A DNA stretch of 64,000 nt from Candidatus Bathyarchaeia archaeon (GTDB lineage Archaea; Thermoproteota; Bathyarchaeia; Bathyarchaeales; Bathycorpusculaceae), in the NCBI GenBank assembly GCA_038727135.1, contig JAVYWL010000001.1, forward strand, positions 64,001 to 128,000, written 5' to 3'. Positions 9,519 through 19,987 of this stretch are shown piece after piece (the first letter of the stretch is position 1; the number at the start of each line of letters is the position of its first letter). The position numbers and the translations under genes were made by a program. Below the pieces are notes generated by a model. The model saw only the letters and a program-made list of their open reading frames with translations. It was not told the origin of the DNA and ran no database searches.

Positions 9519-10094
9519 GTGCAAAGAATGAATGGGAAAGAAGTTGTCGATGTAAGCCCTTCAAACGCTTTTAGGCTTGTCCACCCAATGCACACGGTTC
9601 TAGTCTCATGCGTTGGCAAAGACGGAAAACCAAACATTATCACTTTGGCTTGGGCTATGCCAACATCCATAAATCCGCCGCTTGTGGCTGTAAGCATTGC
9701 GCCACGAAGACACTCCCACAGCCTAATCCAAGAGACAAAAGAATTTGTCGTTAACATTCCAACAATGGAGATATTGGACGCCACATTCTTTTGTGGTCGG
9801 GTTAGCGGAAGAGACCGCGACAAGTTTAAGGAGGCTGGATTAACGCCCCTTCCAGCCAGAAAGGTTAAGCCGCCAATAATTAAGGAGTGCATCGCCCACT
9901 TGGAATGTAGGCTTCACAGTCAATTTCAAACCGGGGACCACACAATTTTTGTAGGCGAAATCCTAGAAGCCTACGCAAACAAAGACTGCTTCACAAGCGC
10001 TGGCTACGACCTAGAAAAAGCAAAAATGGTCTTCCATTTGGGCGGAGACGAGTTTGCAACCCTCCAGCCAAAAATTTTCAAGCCCAGAGCCTAG
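9519..10094 (+). CDS. Flavin reductase-like (flavoredoxin) protein
   Basis: PNIITLAW, EFVVNIP, SGRDRDKF, GDHTIFVGEI. Confidence 0.88.
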   Translation: MQRMNGKEVVDVSPSNAFRLVHPMHTVLVSCVGKDGKPNIITLAWAMPTSINPPLVAVSIAPRRHSHSLIQETKEFVVNIPTMEILDATFFCGRVSGRDRDKFKEAGLTPLPARKVKPPIIKECIAHLECRLHSQFQTGDHTIFVGEILEAYANKDCFTSAGYDLEKAKMVFHLGGDEFATLQPKIFKPRA

Positions 10095-10762
10095 AGCTGG
10101 TAGCTTTCTCCCGGATTCAGAACCACCACTTTGGCTTTCGGCGCCTTCCCCTTCACTTTTTTGACAAACTCGTCTGCCGATTGGGCTAGAACAGGAAAAG
10201 TCTTATAATGCATCGGAATTACGACCTTGGGCTTCAACAGTCTGACGGCTTCAGCTGCCTCCAAAGCGCTCATAGTGTAGTATCCGCCTATTGGCAATAG
10301 TGCCAAATCAAGCTTGTAAAGCTGCCCAATAAGCTTCATGTCTCCGAAAAGGCCGGTGTCTCCGGCATGGTACACCCTTTTTCCTTCAGCTTCGACAACA
10401 ACGCCTGTTGGTGCACCCCTTGAGCATGTGTGGAAGGCTTGAACCATGTAAAGTTTTACGCCTTTAACCTCTGCGCATCCACCGATGTTTAGTCCAACAA
10501 CGTCTTTGACGCCGTTTTCGCTGGCGTAATTGCCAAGCTCAAAAGTTGAAACAAAAGTGGCGTTGGTTCGCTTGCAAATGTTTATGGCGTCGCCAAGATG
10601 GTCGCCGTGGTCGTGGGTCACATAAACAATGTCAGCCCTGTCGATTTCAGAAGCCTTCACTGGCGAGGCTGGATTCCCATCGAGCCAAGGGTCAATCAGC
10701 ACAATTTTCCCGCCCATCTCAATTTTGAATGAGGCGTGTCCAAACCACGTAACCTTCGCCAA
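10091..10762 (-). CDS. Metallo-beta-lactamase-fold hydrolase (UPF0173-like)
   Basis: GHASF, THDHGDH, YHAGDT, IPMHY. Confidence 0.9.
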   Translation of the reverse strand: MAKVTWFGHASFKIEMGGKIVLIDPWLDGNPASPVKASEIDRADIVYVTHDHGDHLGDAINICKRTNATFVSTFELGNYASENGVKDVVGLNIGGCAEVKGVKLYMVQAFHTCSRGAPTGVVVEAEGKRVYHAGDTGLFGDMKLIGQLYKLDLALLPIGGYYTMSALEAAEAVRLLKPKVVIPMHYKTFPVLAQSADEFVKKVKGKAPKAKVVVLNPGESYQL

Positions 10763-10841
10763 ACATCAAGCCTCCCGCTAAATCTTTAAACCCTTTAATA
10801 CTGTTTAGTTTATAAAGTTAAAAGGTTAAAGTGCCCCATAA

Positions 10842-11747
10842 ATGAAAGCCATAGACAAGGAAGCCTTTGAGAAGCTCCGTTCATCTGGTAGGATTCTCCG
10901 CGAAACCCGAGAAGAGTTGAAGGGCTTTGTCCGCGAAAACATGCCAATAATAGAGGTTTGTGAAAAGGCAGAGGAGCTGATTAGGCGTAAAGGCGGGAAA
11001 CCAGCCTTCCCATGCAACGTCTCAATAAACGAGATTGCAGCCCACTACACCTCACCGCCAAACGACACAAGGAGAATTCCGGAAAAGTCTCTTGTGAAAG
11101 TGGATATTGGTGCCCATGTGGACGGCTATGTAACAGACACAGCAGTGACAATATGCTTTAACCCAGAATACCGTGAAATGGTGGACGCGGCAGAGCAAGC
11201 CCTAAAAAAGGCTGTGGAAGCCATACGCCCAGAAACACCAACCTCAAGGCTTGGCGCACTAATAGAACAGACAATAAAGTCCAAAGGCTTTAAGCCCATC
11301 TCAAACTTAACAGGACACAGCGTTGGCAGATACTTGGTGCATGCCGGAACATCACTTCCAAACGTGGCACACTTATCCTTCACAAAAGTTAAGATAGGCG
11401 AAGCCTACGCCATAGAACCCTTCGTGACAGTGCAAAACGCCGTCGGCAAGGTGGAAAATAGCACAGAAGCCACAATATTTCGCTTTGTAAAACAGAAGCC
11501 CCTCAAAAACGCCTATGCAAAAAAGCTTCTAAAATTTATTGAGGAAAACTTTAAAACACTGCCATTTACCGAGCGTTGGCTTCAAGGCGTAATCCCAAAA
11601 GAACATTATAGGGAAGCCTTCAAGGAGCTTCTAACTTCAAAGGCTATCATGAGCTATCCAGTTTTCGTAGAAGCCAGCAGAAAACCAGTAGCCCAAGCGG
11701 AACACACAGTCCTAGTGGTTGAGGACGGATGCCTAGTCCTAACCTAG
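10842..11747 (+). CDS. map: Type II methionine aminopeptidase
   Basis: AFPCNVSINEIAAHY, DIGAHVDGYVTD, NLTGH, AIEPF, QAEHT. Confidence 0.96.
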   Translation: MKAIDKEAFEKLRSSGRILRETREELKGFVRENMPIIEVCEKAEELIRRKGGKPAFPCNVSINEIAAHYTSPPNDTRRIPEKSLVKVDIGAHVDGYVTDTAVTICFNPEYREMVDAAEQALKKAVEAIRPETPTSRLGALIEQTIKSKGFKPISNLTGHSVGRYLVHAGTSLPNVAHLSFTKVKIGEAYAIEPFVTVQNAVGKVENSTEATIFRFVKQKPLKNAYAKKLLKFIEENFKTLPFTERWLQGVIPKEHYREAFKELLTSKAIMSYPVFVEASRKPVAQAEHTVLVVEDGCLVLT

Positions 11748-11753
11748 CTCCTA

Positions 11754-12176
11754 TCAATAGGGAAAAGGCGCCTTACCCTTCTCACGAACCTCTCGGTAAA
11801 TGGCTGTAATAATCATTTTCTCGTTGCACTTCTGGCATGGCTCAACCTCTTTGAAAACATAATCGCCTCGCTGAAACTCTCGGACGCTTTTGAAGCCGCA
11901 CTTCCTACACTCAATAGTCGTGGTAATCGGCGGAGCCTCAATTCTCAAGCGGAGTATCCGCTGCCGCGTCTGGAACAGCACATAAGTTGACAAGGCTAAG
12001 CCTATAAAACCCAAAAGAAGCCAGTAAACAGCGATTTCCGGCGCGGTGTTGTAGAGGTAAATTGCAAGCACCAGCGCCGCCAAGGCTAAGGCCAAAGTGA
12101 CAAATATTATGAGGAGGACGAAGGATGAAACCCTCGTTGCCGCAGACGCGTCACTTCTGCTACTGCTCATCGTCAT
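11754..12176 (-). CDS. Two-TM membrane protein with C-terminal Zn ribbon
   Basis: Two hydrophobic helices, CRKC...CQKC; directly downstream of DUF1512. Confidence 0.75.
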   Translation of the reverse strand: MTMSSSRSDASAATRVSSFVLLIIFVTLALALAALVLAIYLYNTAPEIAVYWLLLGFIGLALSTYVLFQTRQRILRLRIEAPPITTTIECRKCGFKSVREFQRGDYVFKEVEPCQKCNEKMIITAIYREVREKGKAPFPY

Positions 12177-12185
12177 CGCCCTCTC

Positions 12186-13328
12186 TTATTGTCCTATGCC
12201 TATGGTATTCCCAACACCGGCAATAATAACCTTGTCGCCCTCCTTAGTCCTCTCCAACACCACTTGCCTAATCCTCTCGATGGCTTTGTCAGCAGCCTCG
12301 AAAATCTCCTTGCGCATCGGCGAAACAGCATCGCCAATATCCTCCTTAATTATAACAGCATTTATGGGAATGCGATACTTCAGAATGGTTTCCTCAATCT
12401 TGAACTGGTCTACGCCTGGACCGCCTATGGCTGCACCAACACCCTCAGCTACTTCACCGACCTCCTCGCCTTCAAGCTTCAAGGCGGCGTCAATCATTAT
12501 TATGTTGGCTATTTTGCCCTCATTCTCTTCAATAATTGTTTTAATGGCGTCTCCGGGTTTACCAACGTTCCCGCCTGGACCTTCAGCCTTTATGACGTAG
12601 GCTGTTCTCCCTTCAAAGGGAACCTCAGCCACAACACAGTCTTTGGGAACCTTTCTTATTGGGTGACCGTGCATGAGTTTTGCTGCAACCAGCGCGCCGA
12701 CACCGTCACCAATGGGCTGGCCGTAGGCGAAGGCTTTAAGGGCGCTTGCGTAGGCTTCGGCTTCCCGCATGACCAGCGGCAGAATCATCTGAATCTGCAT
12801 TATAATGTAGAGGCTTAACGTCTTCTTTCCAAGCAAATAGTAATGCCTTATAACCTTGTAAATGTAGTTTAAAGCCATAGCCGCCTCAAGAGTGTTCTCC
12901 AAATTGTTCGCCTGAGTTTCGTCAGCCGCTGGGGCAATAAGCTTAACTTCATCCTTAAAGCGGGTGTCTCTAACGTCCAGTATGTGTTCAAGCTTCCAAA
13001 CAATTCCAGCCGGGTCAAGGCTTTGAGGAGCAATCGTAAAATATTCTAGGAAGCGGTCAACCCTAGCTGACGGGTCCGTTTGGGGCTTTCCAATCTCCTT
13101 GATGGTTTCTATGGCTATTCTTCGCCCCTCGTCTCGGATGTACTTCAGCTTGTAGAGACTGCCCTCAACCTCCCTAAGCATAATATAAAGCTGAATACGC
13201 TGACCATAAAATATGGAAATGAATATGAAAGCGTAAATGATTAGAGTTAAAATTTGTGAGAAGACATCCCCTCCTGGGAGCTGCAAGAGCTGACCGTTAA
13301 GAACGAGCAACGCTGCCACTAGATTCAC
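12186..13328 (-). CDS. DUF1512 family protein
   Basis: N-terminal TM; PIGDGVG, KAEGPGGNVGKPG, IDAALKLEGE, GVGNTIGIGQ. Confidence 0.85.
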   Translation of the reverse strand: MNLVAALLVLNGQLLQLPGGDVFSQILTLIIYAFIFISIFYGQRIQLYIMLREVEGSLYKLKYIRDEGRRIAIETIKEIGKPQTDPSARVDRFLEYFTIAPQSLDPAGIVWKLEHILDVRDTRFKDEVKLIAPAADETQANNLENTLEAAMALNYIYKVIRHYYLLGKKTLSLYIIMQIQMILPLVMREAEAYASALKAFAYGQPIGDGVGALVAAKLMHGHPIRKVPKDCVVAEVPFEGRTAYVIKAEGPGGNVGKPGDAIKTIIEENEGKIANIIMIDAALKLEGEEVGEVAEGVGAAIGGPGVDQFKIEETILKYRIPINAVIIKEDIGDAVSPMRKEIFEAADKAIERIRQVVLERTKEGDKVIIAGVGNTIGIGQ

Positions 13329-13404
13329 ATACTCACCTTCCGAAAAACTAGCAAAAGCCTAGTTATAAATTTTAGGATATTCCAAGTTTACTCGCACAAT
13401 GGAG

Positions 13405-14217
13405 TCAGATGTAATGTAAGTTTTTAAGTATCATGTTGACACTTGCCACAAGGAGCATAGCCGCAAAAACAAGGTTTAGGCTTCTATTTGAAAGCCTCCT
13501 ACTCGTATAAGCGCCGACTTGCGCCCCAACAACAGAGCCTACTCCAAGATAAAATGCATACAAAGCGTTCACGTTTCCCTGCTGCACGTGGCTGACCACG
13601 CCGGAAATCGATGTAAAAATCATTATGAACATAGATGTTGGTATGGCGAAATGTATTGGAAAACTAAGCGCGTAGCACATGACTGGAACAAGAACAACTC
13701 CTCCACCTATTCCCAAAAGCCCAGAGGTTACCCCACCAAAGAAACTTAAGAATAAGCCATAAAGCATTTTCCGCCTGTTAAACAGCAGCCCTTTTTCAAA
13801 GGCAGCATCAACTACACCGCATGCCTTTACGGATTCTGTGGTAAAGGCTTTGTAAACCATTTGAAAGGCAACAAAAATCAGGAAAGCGCCGAAAATAACG
13901 CCAAGCCACATCTTTACAGTTGGAACAGCCGTGATGGATGCTCCAACATAGCCTCCAGGTGCAGTGGCGCAAGCCAAAGCCAAACCAGCCTTAACGTAAA
14001 CGCGGTTTTGTTTTAGATAATTTGCGGAGGATGCTATGGACGTGATGATTATTGTGGCCAAGCTTGTGCCTACCGCTACCACCGGCTCAAAGTTGTAGAG
14101 AAGCGTTAAGAGAGGAACTATGAATATTCCGCCTCCAACGCCTGTTAAGGCTGCGGCTATGCTTATCAAAAAGCCGAAGAGGGGAAGCATCAACTCCCAC
14201 ATGTCATAGTTCTCCAA
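13405..14217 (-). CDS. TauE/SafE family exporter
   Basis: Duplicated GxGGG motifs (GVGGGIFIVP, GIGGGVVLVP); polytopic membrane protein. Confidence 0.88.
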   Translation of the reverse strand: MENYDMWELMLPLFGFLISIAAALTGVGGGIFIVPLLTLLYNFEPVVAVGTSLATIIITSIASSANYLKQNRVYVKAGLALACATAPGGYVGASITAVPTVKMWLGVIFGAFLIFVAFQMVYKAFTTESVKACGVVDAAFEKGLLFNRRKMLYGLFLSFFGGVTSGLLGIGGGVVLVPVMCYALSFPIHFAIPTSMFIMIFTSISGVVSHVQQGNVNALYAFYLGVGSVVGAQVGAYTSRRLSNRSLNLVFAAMLLVASVNMILKNLHYI

Positions 14218-14278
14218 AGGCGACTTTCGGAAAGAAGTAATGCATCCGCTGACCTCATATTTAAAGCGTAACCTCTTT

Positions 14279-15649
14279 TCAGAAAATTTTTCCCGGGTTT
14301 AGGATGTTGTTGGGGTCGAAAGCCCTCTTAATCCTCTTCATAAGCTCAATTTTTGCTTTATCCTCAAACTCTAGGAAAAGCTCCTTTTTCTCCAAGCCTA
14401 TGCCGTGTTCAGCCGACACAGCGCCTCCCAAAGCTTTTCCCAAAGTGTAAATCTCCCTCAAAATGGCTGACAGTTTCTCCGGATTTTTTTCGAATATGGC
14501 TAGGTGTACGTTCCCATCACCAACATGTCCAGCACCACTTATAACCACTGAATGTTCCATGGAAATTTTCTTAACCCCCTCCATGAATTCTGGGATTTGA
14601 CTTCGTGGAACAACCACGTCGACAAGAAAAGTTGCACCAGCATCCCTAGCGGCGTAAAAGGATTTTTCCCTCAACTCTAAAAGCTCCCTCCCAGCTCTTT
14701 CAGTGGATGGAACAAGAACCTCAATTGCACCGTTCTTCATACAGATTTCGCTAACAAGCTCGGCGTCCCTGTAAAGTTTTTCTTGACTTTCACCCTCCAA
14801 AACAATGAGGAGAAAAGCTTCCGACTTGTCGCGCACATGCTCATCTATTGGAACAATTATTCCAGTGTAATTTTCCATGGCGCCAAGCCCAACCTTATCA
14901 ATAAACTCGATTATAAGGGGTGTAACACCACACTTCAACAAAAGCGGAACAGTCGCCACACCTTGCCTAAGCTCTTTGAACGCAACAAAAAGGGTCAATC
15001 TAGCCTTCTGTTTCGGCAAAAGCTTCAAAATAACCTTGGTTACAACGGCTAAAGTTCCCTCAGAACCCACAATTAACTGCGTTAAGTCATAGCCCGACGA
15101 AACCTTCACATACTTACCGCCAGTTCTAATGATTTCGCCGGTTGGCAAAACAGCCTCCAAACCTAAAACAAAGTTGCGGGTAACCCCATACTTAACCGCC
15201 ATCATACCACCGGCGTTGGTGGCAACATTACCACCAACAGTTGCGCTCTCCTCTCCGGGATAAATTGGGTAACAAAGACCACGCGCCTCAACAGCCCTCA
15301 TAAGACTTGATAGGGTAACGCCGGCCTCAACAACAGCCACATGGTTATCCTCATCTATTTCCAAAATCCAATTCAAACGCTCAAGAGATAAAACAACCCC
15401 ACCCGCAGATGGAACACAGCCCCCGCTTAGGCCTGTTCCACCACCCCTAGGAGTAACCGGAATCCGCCTCTCGCTGGCCAACTGCAGTATTTCTGCAACT
15501 TCCTCAGCGCTTCTAGGCTTAACGACAACTTCTGGTATGCAAGGATTAACGGCAAGTGCCTCATCACGCCCATACTCCTCACCTATATCGTCGCCCACAA
15601 GAACATTCTCACAGCCAACAATCTTCCTAAGCTCGGCTACCACTTCCAT
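14279..15649 (-). CDS. FAD-linked oxidase, GlcD/D-lactate dehydrogenase family
   Basis: PRGGGTGLSGG, ATVGGNVATNAGG, GHVGDGNVH, SAEHGIG, DPNNILNPGK. Start moved to ATG 15649 because the longer ORF runs through the 5S rRNA. Confidence 0.9.
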   Translation of the reverse strand: MEVVAELRKIVGCENVLVGDDIGEEYGRDEALAVNPCIPEVVVKPRSAEEVAEILQLASERRIPVTPRGGGTGLSGGCVPSAGGVVLSLERLNWILEIDEDNHVAVVEAGVTLSSLMRAVEARGLCYPIYPGEESATVGGNVATNAGGMMAVKYGVTRNFVLGLEAVLPTGEIIRTGGKYVKVSSGYDLTQLIVGSEGTLAVVTKVILKLLPKQKARLTLFVAFKELRQGVATVPLLLKCGVTPLIIEFIDKVGLGAMENYTGIIVPIDEHVRDKSEAFLLIVLEGESQEKLYRDAELVSEICMKNGAIEVLVPSTERAGRELLELREKSFYAARDAGATFLVDVVVPRSQIPEFMEGVKKISMEHSVVISGAGHVGDGNVHLAIFEKNPEKLSAILREIYTLGKALGGAVSAEHGIGLEKKELFLEFEDKAKIELMKRIKRAFDPNNILNPGKIF

Positions 15650-15726
15650 ATCCAAAGGAAACCCAACCGCACATAATACTGCCAATTTAAACCTTAAAAC
15701 AGTATAGCCCTTCAAAAGGAGTGGGG

Positions 15727-15843
15727 CTGCCAGCTTTCCCGGCTTCGCGTGGCCGAAGACCACACTACAACCGGGAACGGAGCGCGGTTTAACTTCCGAG
15801 TTCGGAATGGGATCGGGTGGAACCCGCGCCCTATGGCCGGCAA
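15727..15843 (-). rRNA. rrf: 5S rRNA, unlinked from 16S/23S
   Basis: GCCGGCCATAG...CCCGATCCCATTCCGAACTCGGAAGTTAAACC...GGGAAAGCTGGCA with complementary ends. Confidence 0.95.
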
Positions 15844-15999
15844 ACCCCAAAATACACCGTAAACCATTGCTCATTAACTTTTCGCTCACTCCGGACATTT
15901 TAAAAAGATTTTCACAGATAGTCAGTAATTACTGGCCAAAACGGCAAGTTTTTAGAGCAAAATCAATTACCTAGAAATCAAATTATAGAGGCTGTAATT

Positions 16000-16470
16000 A
16001 TGATGAAGGAAAAATGTATCAAGCCGGAGTTTTTTGACACTATTAACTATGCCATATGCCAAGCGGTCAATGAATATTTAAGCGAAAAGGCTATTGACTT
16101 CTTCAGAAGGGTCGGTGAACACCACCTAAACGAAGCACTAGAAAGAGGCCTAATCAAGATTGATGAAGAGGATAAGCCTCTTGATGTGTTAATAAAAATT
16201 GCTAGGTATTTAGAGTCTGTTGGCTACATGAAGAAAATAGTCATTCATAAGCTCAGCGATGACGAAGCGCTGGTTGAAATGTTTGGAGTTTCGGTCACAA
16301 AATCCTCAGCCAAAATTATAAGAGAAGGAAAACAGCCCTCCCACTTCATGACAAACACCATGATTGCCGCATTAAAAAGGTACAACATCAAAGCAAAACT
16401 TGAAGACGTGGAGTTCGACGAGGATAGTGAACACTTCAAAGAGCGATGGAAAATTATCCAAACTAGGTGA
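16000..16470 (+). CDS. Hypothetical protein, possibly a V4R-like ligand-binding fold
   Basis: Clean ORF overlapping the next gene; weak fold resemblance only. Confidence 0.55.
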   Translation: MMKEKCIKPEFFDTINYAICQAVNEYLSEKAIDFFRRVGEHHLNEALERGLIKIDEEDKPLDVLIKIARYLESVGYMKKIVIHKLSDDEALVEMFGVSVTKSSAKIIREGKQPSHFMTNTMIAALKRYNIKAKLEDVEFDEDSEHFKERWKIIQTR

Positions 16471-17468
16471 ATAACATGGAGAAGAAATTTAAGATATTCA
16501 TTCCAGAGCCAGAATGGGAAGAATCCCACAAAATTCTCGAGGAAATAGCTCAAGTAAAAGTAGGCGAACCAAGTGTGAAATACACTGAAGATAGACTCGT
16601 AAGAGAGATAAAGGATGTTGATGCCTTAATAATAACATCCCAACAACATGTAACAAAGAAAGTCATAGAAGCTGCAAACAAATTAAAAGTGATAGTCAAA
16701 TATGGTTCAAAACCAGGAATTGATAATGTGGATTTAGACGCTGCCACCAGAAAAGGAATCCTTGTTTGTTATACTCCATATGCTAACTCCGACAGCGTAG
16801 CTGAACACACAATAGCCCTAATCCTAGCTTTAATGAAAAAATTGTACATTACATGCTCTCAGCTAAGGCAAGGGAAATGGAGAGACAAAAGCTTACTGGG
16901 AAATGAGCTTCTGGGGAAAACTGTAGGAATTATTGGATTAGGAAGCGTCGGACGCAAAGTGGCTGAAAAGATATCAGGATTTAAAGTGAAGCTGCTTGCG
17001 TATGACCCATATGTTGAGGAGGAAGCTGCCAAAAAGATTGATGTGAAGCTTGTGGATCTAGACACGCTATTGAAAGAATCAGATGTTGTTACCATTCATG
17101 CAACTTTAACCGAGGAAACTAAGCACTTGATAGGGGAGAGAGAACTCAGATCCATGAAAAAGACGGCCTTCATTGTAAATACCGCGAGGGGAGCAATAAT
17201 AGATGAGAAGGCTTTGATTAAAGCTTTAAAGGAGGGATGGATTGCCGGAGCAGCGTTAGACGTTTTTGAAGAGGAACCGCCGAGTCCAGATAATCCTCTG
17301 CTTAAAATGGAAAATGTTATTGTCACCCCTCATTTTGCATCTTGCACTTACGAAGCATATCAAAGAGAAGCACTTTTGGCCGCCGAAGAAGTTTTAAGGG
17401 TACTTAAAGGGGAAAATCCAAAATTCATTGCAAACCCTGAAGTGCTAAACCGTAGCTTTGACTTATAG
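16467..17468 (+). CDS. D-isomer-specific 2-hydroxyacid dehydrogenase (SerA/glyoxylate reductase-like)
   Basis: SVAEH, GIIGLGSVG, VNTARG, ALDVFEEEP, TPHFA. Confidence 0.92.
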   Translation: MNNMEKKFKIFIPEPEWEESHKILEEIAQVKVGEPSVKYTEDRLVREIKDVDALIITSQQHVTKKVIEAANKLKVIVKYGSKPGIDNVDLDAATRKGILVCYTPYANSDSVAEHTIALILALMKKLYITCSQLRQGKWRDKSLLGNELLGKTVGIIGLGSVGRKVAEKISGFKVKLLAYDPYVEEEAAKKIDVKLVDLDTLLKESDVVTIHATLTEETKHLIGERELRSMKKTAFIVNTARGAIIDEKALIKALKEGWIAGAALDVFEEEPPSPDNPLLKMENVIVTPHFASCTYEAYQREALLAAEEVLRVLKGENPKFIANPEVLNRSFDL

Positions 17469-18137
17469 TCTTGAATATTTCTTTATGACGCTTAAAATTG
17501 ATGTGCTTTTTGGAAGTTCTGCCGCTATCTTCTTTTCGGTTTCCTCAATTTTTGAGGCTTGTTCCACGACTTCTTTAAGTCTTTCCTTTGGAATTACAAC
17601 GACACCGTCCAAGTCTCCGACAATAATGTCGCCGGGGTTCACACGTACACCGCCACAAATTATAGGAACATTCACATCCACAACCTCCGTTCTTCCAACA
17701 GAGTTTGTTGGAACAACGCTCCTCGAAAAGACTGGAAATTCAAGCATCTTACACTCGGCTAAATCTCTAAACCCGCCATCAAGAACAGTGCCGCTTAACC
17801 CTTTTGCTTTTGAGGCATAAGCCATTATACCGCCGAACAAAGCAATATTAGAAGCTTCATTCCCGCCAACACCCTCTATTGACCTAACAAGCACCGCGCC
17901 CCTCGGGGCATTTTCAATAGCCTCCAAAGCCTTAATCGGCGCAACCTTCCTATCAGAAAGCCTATCCTTAACAGTCACAGCTGGACCAACAACCTTCACA
18001 TCGCACGTACGAGGCTTTATAGAATAGTCCATAAAACCCCGAATCCCCATACCATCAAGAGCATCAGACAGCGAAGCAGTCGGTATTTCAAGAATTTTTT
18101 GGAGAAAGTTTTTTTCCAATCCCATATTCGCTACCAC
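17463..18137 (-). CDS. RraA / HMG aldolase family protein
   Basis: SDALD, GPAVTV, GGIM, DGGFRD, PGDIIVGDLDGVVVIP. Confidence 0.88.
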   Translation of the reverse strand: MVANMGLEKNFLQKILEIPTASLSDALDGMGIRGFMDYSIKPRTCDVKVVGPAVTVKDRLSDRKVAPIKALEAIENAPRGAVLVRSIEGVGGNEASNIALFGGIMAYASKAKGLSGTVLDGGFRDLAECKMLEFPVFSRSVVPTNSVGRTEVVDVNVPIICGGVRVNPGDIIVGDLDGVVVIPKERLKEVVEQASKIEETEKKIAAELPKSTSILSVIKKYSRL

Positions 18138-18253
18138 TCGTCTACGAATGAAAACAGCAAAAATTTATCCTTTTCGTAAGGGCCAAAGAATCAAAAGGTT
18201 TAAGTGAGATTTCTTACATCTCTGTTAGACTCAACTAAAAAGAGGAGAGTGAA

Positions 18254-19213
18254 TTGACCAGAATATTCCACAGCGTTGATGCGCATGGAAGTAATCTCGT
18301 TTGGAAGAAGTACCTAAACGCAGCTACTACATACAAAGCTGATGTTGTCCTGCTTTGTGGAGATTTAACTGGCAAGGCAATAGTGCCAGTAGTGAAAGTT
18401 AAGGAAAGCGAATGGTTTATCAATCCCTTCGGAAAGGAAGAACGCTTTTACTCCGCAGACAAACTAAAGGAAAGACTAAGCACACTGGAAAACCAAGGGT
18501 ACTACACATTTGAAACAACAAGAGAGGAAATAGCTGAACTGCAAAACAACCCCAAGAAAATTGAAAGCTTATTTGCAAGGTTAATGATGGAACGCCTCGA
18601 GCAATGGTTAAAAATGGTGGAAGAGAAAATTCCCAAAAATGTGAAAGTAGTTGTCATGCCAGGAAACGATGACATCACGGAAATAGACGAAGTGATAAAA
18701 GCACATGAAGATCGGATAATTTATCCTCTTAACAAGGTTGTCTACATAGATGATAAACATCCCATGATAAGCTGTGAATATGTAAATCCAACTCCTTGGG
18801 AAACACCAAGAGAAGCGCAAGAACACGACATTATGGTAATGTTGGAGAGAGAGTTTAGCAGAGTTAACGCTAATGAACGAAAGTATCTGATATGTAATTT
18901 CCACGCCCCTCCTTACAACACACAGTTAGACTTAGCTCCCAAACTTGACAAAAAATTGAACGTTGTGACGCGGCTTGACGGTTCACCTGAAATGGTACAT
19001 GTTGGAAGTAAAAGTGTACGGGCATTTATAGAAAGACATGAGCCAAAATTAGGATTGCATGGACACATACATGAGGCTGCCGCAGATCAGAAAATAGGAA
19101 GAACCGTTGTTGTGAATCCAGGTTCAGATTACCAAGCGGGAGTGCTTCGCGGCTATGTTATTGATTTAATGGCTGACGATGAAGAGATAAAAGTTTGGAG
19201 AGTGGAAGGCTAA
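18254..19213 (+). CDS. Calcineurin-like metallophosphoesterase
   Basis: DAHG, GDLTG, PGNDD, HAPP, LHGHIHE, NPGS. Confidence 0.88.
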   Translation: MTRIFHSVDAHGSNLVWKKYLNAATTYKADVVLLCGDLTGKAIVPVVKVKESEWFINPFGKEERFYSADKLKERLSTLENQGYYTFETTREEIAELQNNPKKIESLFARLMMERLEQWLKMVEEKIPKNVKVVVMPGNDDITEIDEVIKAHEDRIIYPLNKVVYIDDKHPMISCEYVNPTPWETPREAQEHDIMVMLEREFSRVNANERKYLICNFHAPPYNTQLDLAPKLDKKLNVVTRLDGSPEMVHVGSKSVRAFIERHEPKLGLHGHIHEAAADQKIGRTVVVNPGSDYQAGVLRGYVIDLMADDEEIKVWRVEG

Positions 19214-19230
19214 CCTAATAGGGTTTTGTA

Positions 19231-19932
19231 ATGTCTAATGCATGCAAAAGGAAGTTAGAAAAACCGTTTTATAAGATAGAGGACTTAAAAGCAGCGAAGA
19301 AAATTCTCATGCTGGTTGATGGTTACCGTAAACTCAACATTGAAGATTTTGCATGGGCGGATAAAGAGGTAAAAGAAGGAAAAATGGGCGTCAAATTTTC
19401 TAAAGACTGGAAGGAAATTCGAGAAATCATGTTAAAATTTGCAAGGGAGGCAGGTTCGCAGAGGCGCTTGCTTAATCTTGCAGCTCTTCAGCAGATACTA
19501 ATTCAGGCCGGGTTGGTCATATCAGCCATAACCACATTGTTAGCTACATTAAGTATGGTGGCTTTCCTCTTCCATTTTGAATGGGCCAGACTCGTTCCAG
19601 AAATCCTCAGTTATGCGCTTATACCATTAGCGATCGGAATAGTGGTTATGCTGGCTGGCCCCCCGTTAATTGCGAGGAAAATATCTTCGGAACTTGAAAA
19701 ATTTTTCGCCAGAAAAAGAGACCTTGTTGTTAAGGCAGACCCAATTTTAAAAGACGCTGCCCAAAAAATAATTAATGGTATTTCTGAAGGAATAAAAAAT
19801 GGCGATTTAAAGGTTAAGAAGAGAAAGGCATATGAGCTGGGACTTTTCAACACCGATTATGACGGAATAAAAATCGTCAAGAAACCATCTTTTTTTAGGA
19901 AATATTATATAGTGCTTCCAGAAGACGCTTGA
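19231..19932 (+). CDS. Hypothetical two-TM membrane protein
   Basis: 233-aa ORF with two hydrophobic helices, co-oriented with neighbours. Confidence 0.65.
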   Translation: MSNACKRKLEKPFYKIEDLKAAKKILMLVDGYRKLNIEDFAWADKEVKEGKMGVKFSKDWKEIREIMLKFAREAGSQRRLLNLAALQQILIQAGLVISAITTLLATLSMVAFLFHFEWARLVPEILSYALIPLAIGIVVMLAGPPLIARKISSELEKFFARKRDLVVKADPILKDAAQKIINGISEGIKNGDLKVKKRKAYELGLFNTDYDGIKIVKKPSFFRKYYIVLPEDA

Positions 19933-19987
19933 AAAAATATTTATAGTTAGTAGTTATAACAACAACTACGTTTTAAATGGTGAGAGG

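Noticed and set aside
15650-15898. 83-aa N-terminal extension of the GlcD-like ORF
   Set aside because: It is a translation of the 5S rRNA gene; the likely start is ATG 15649
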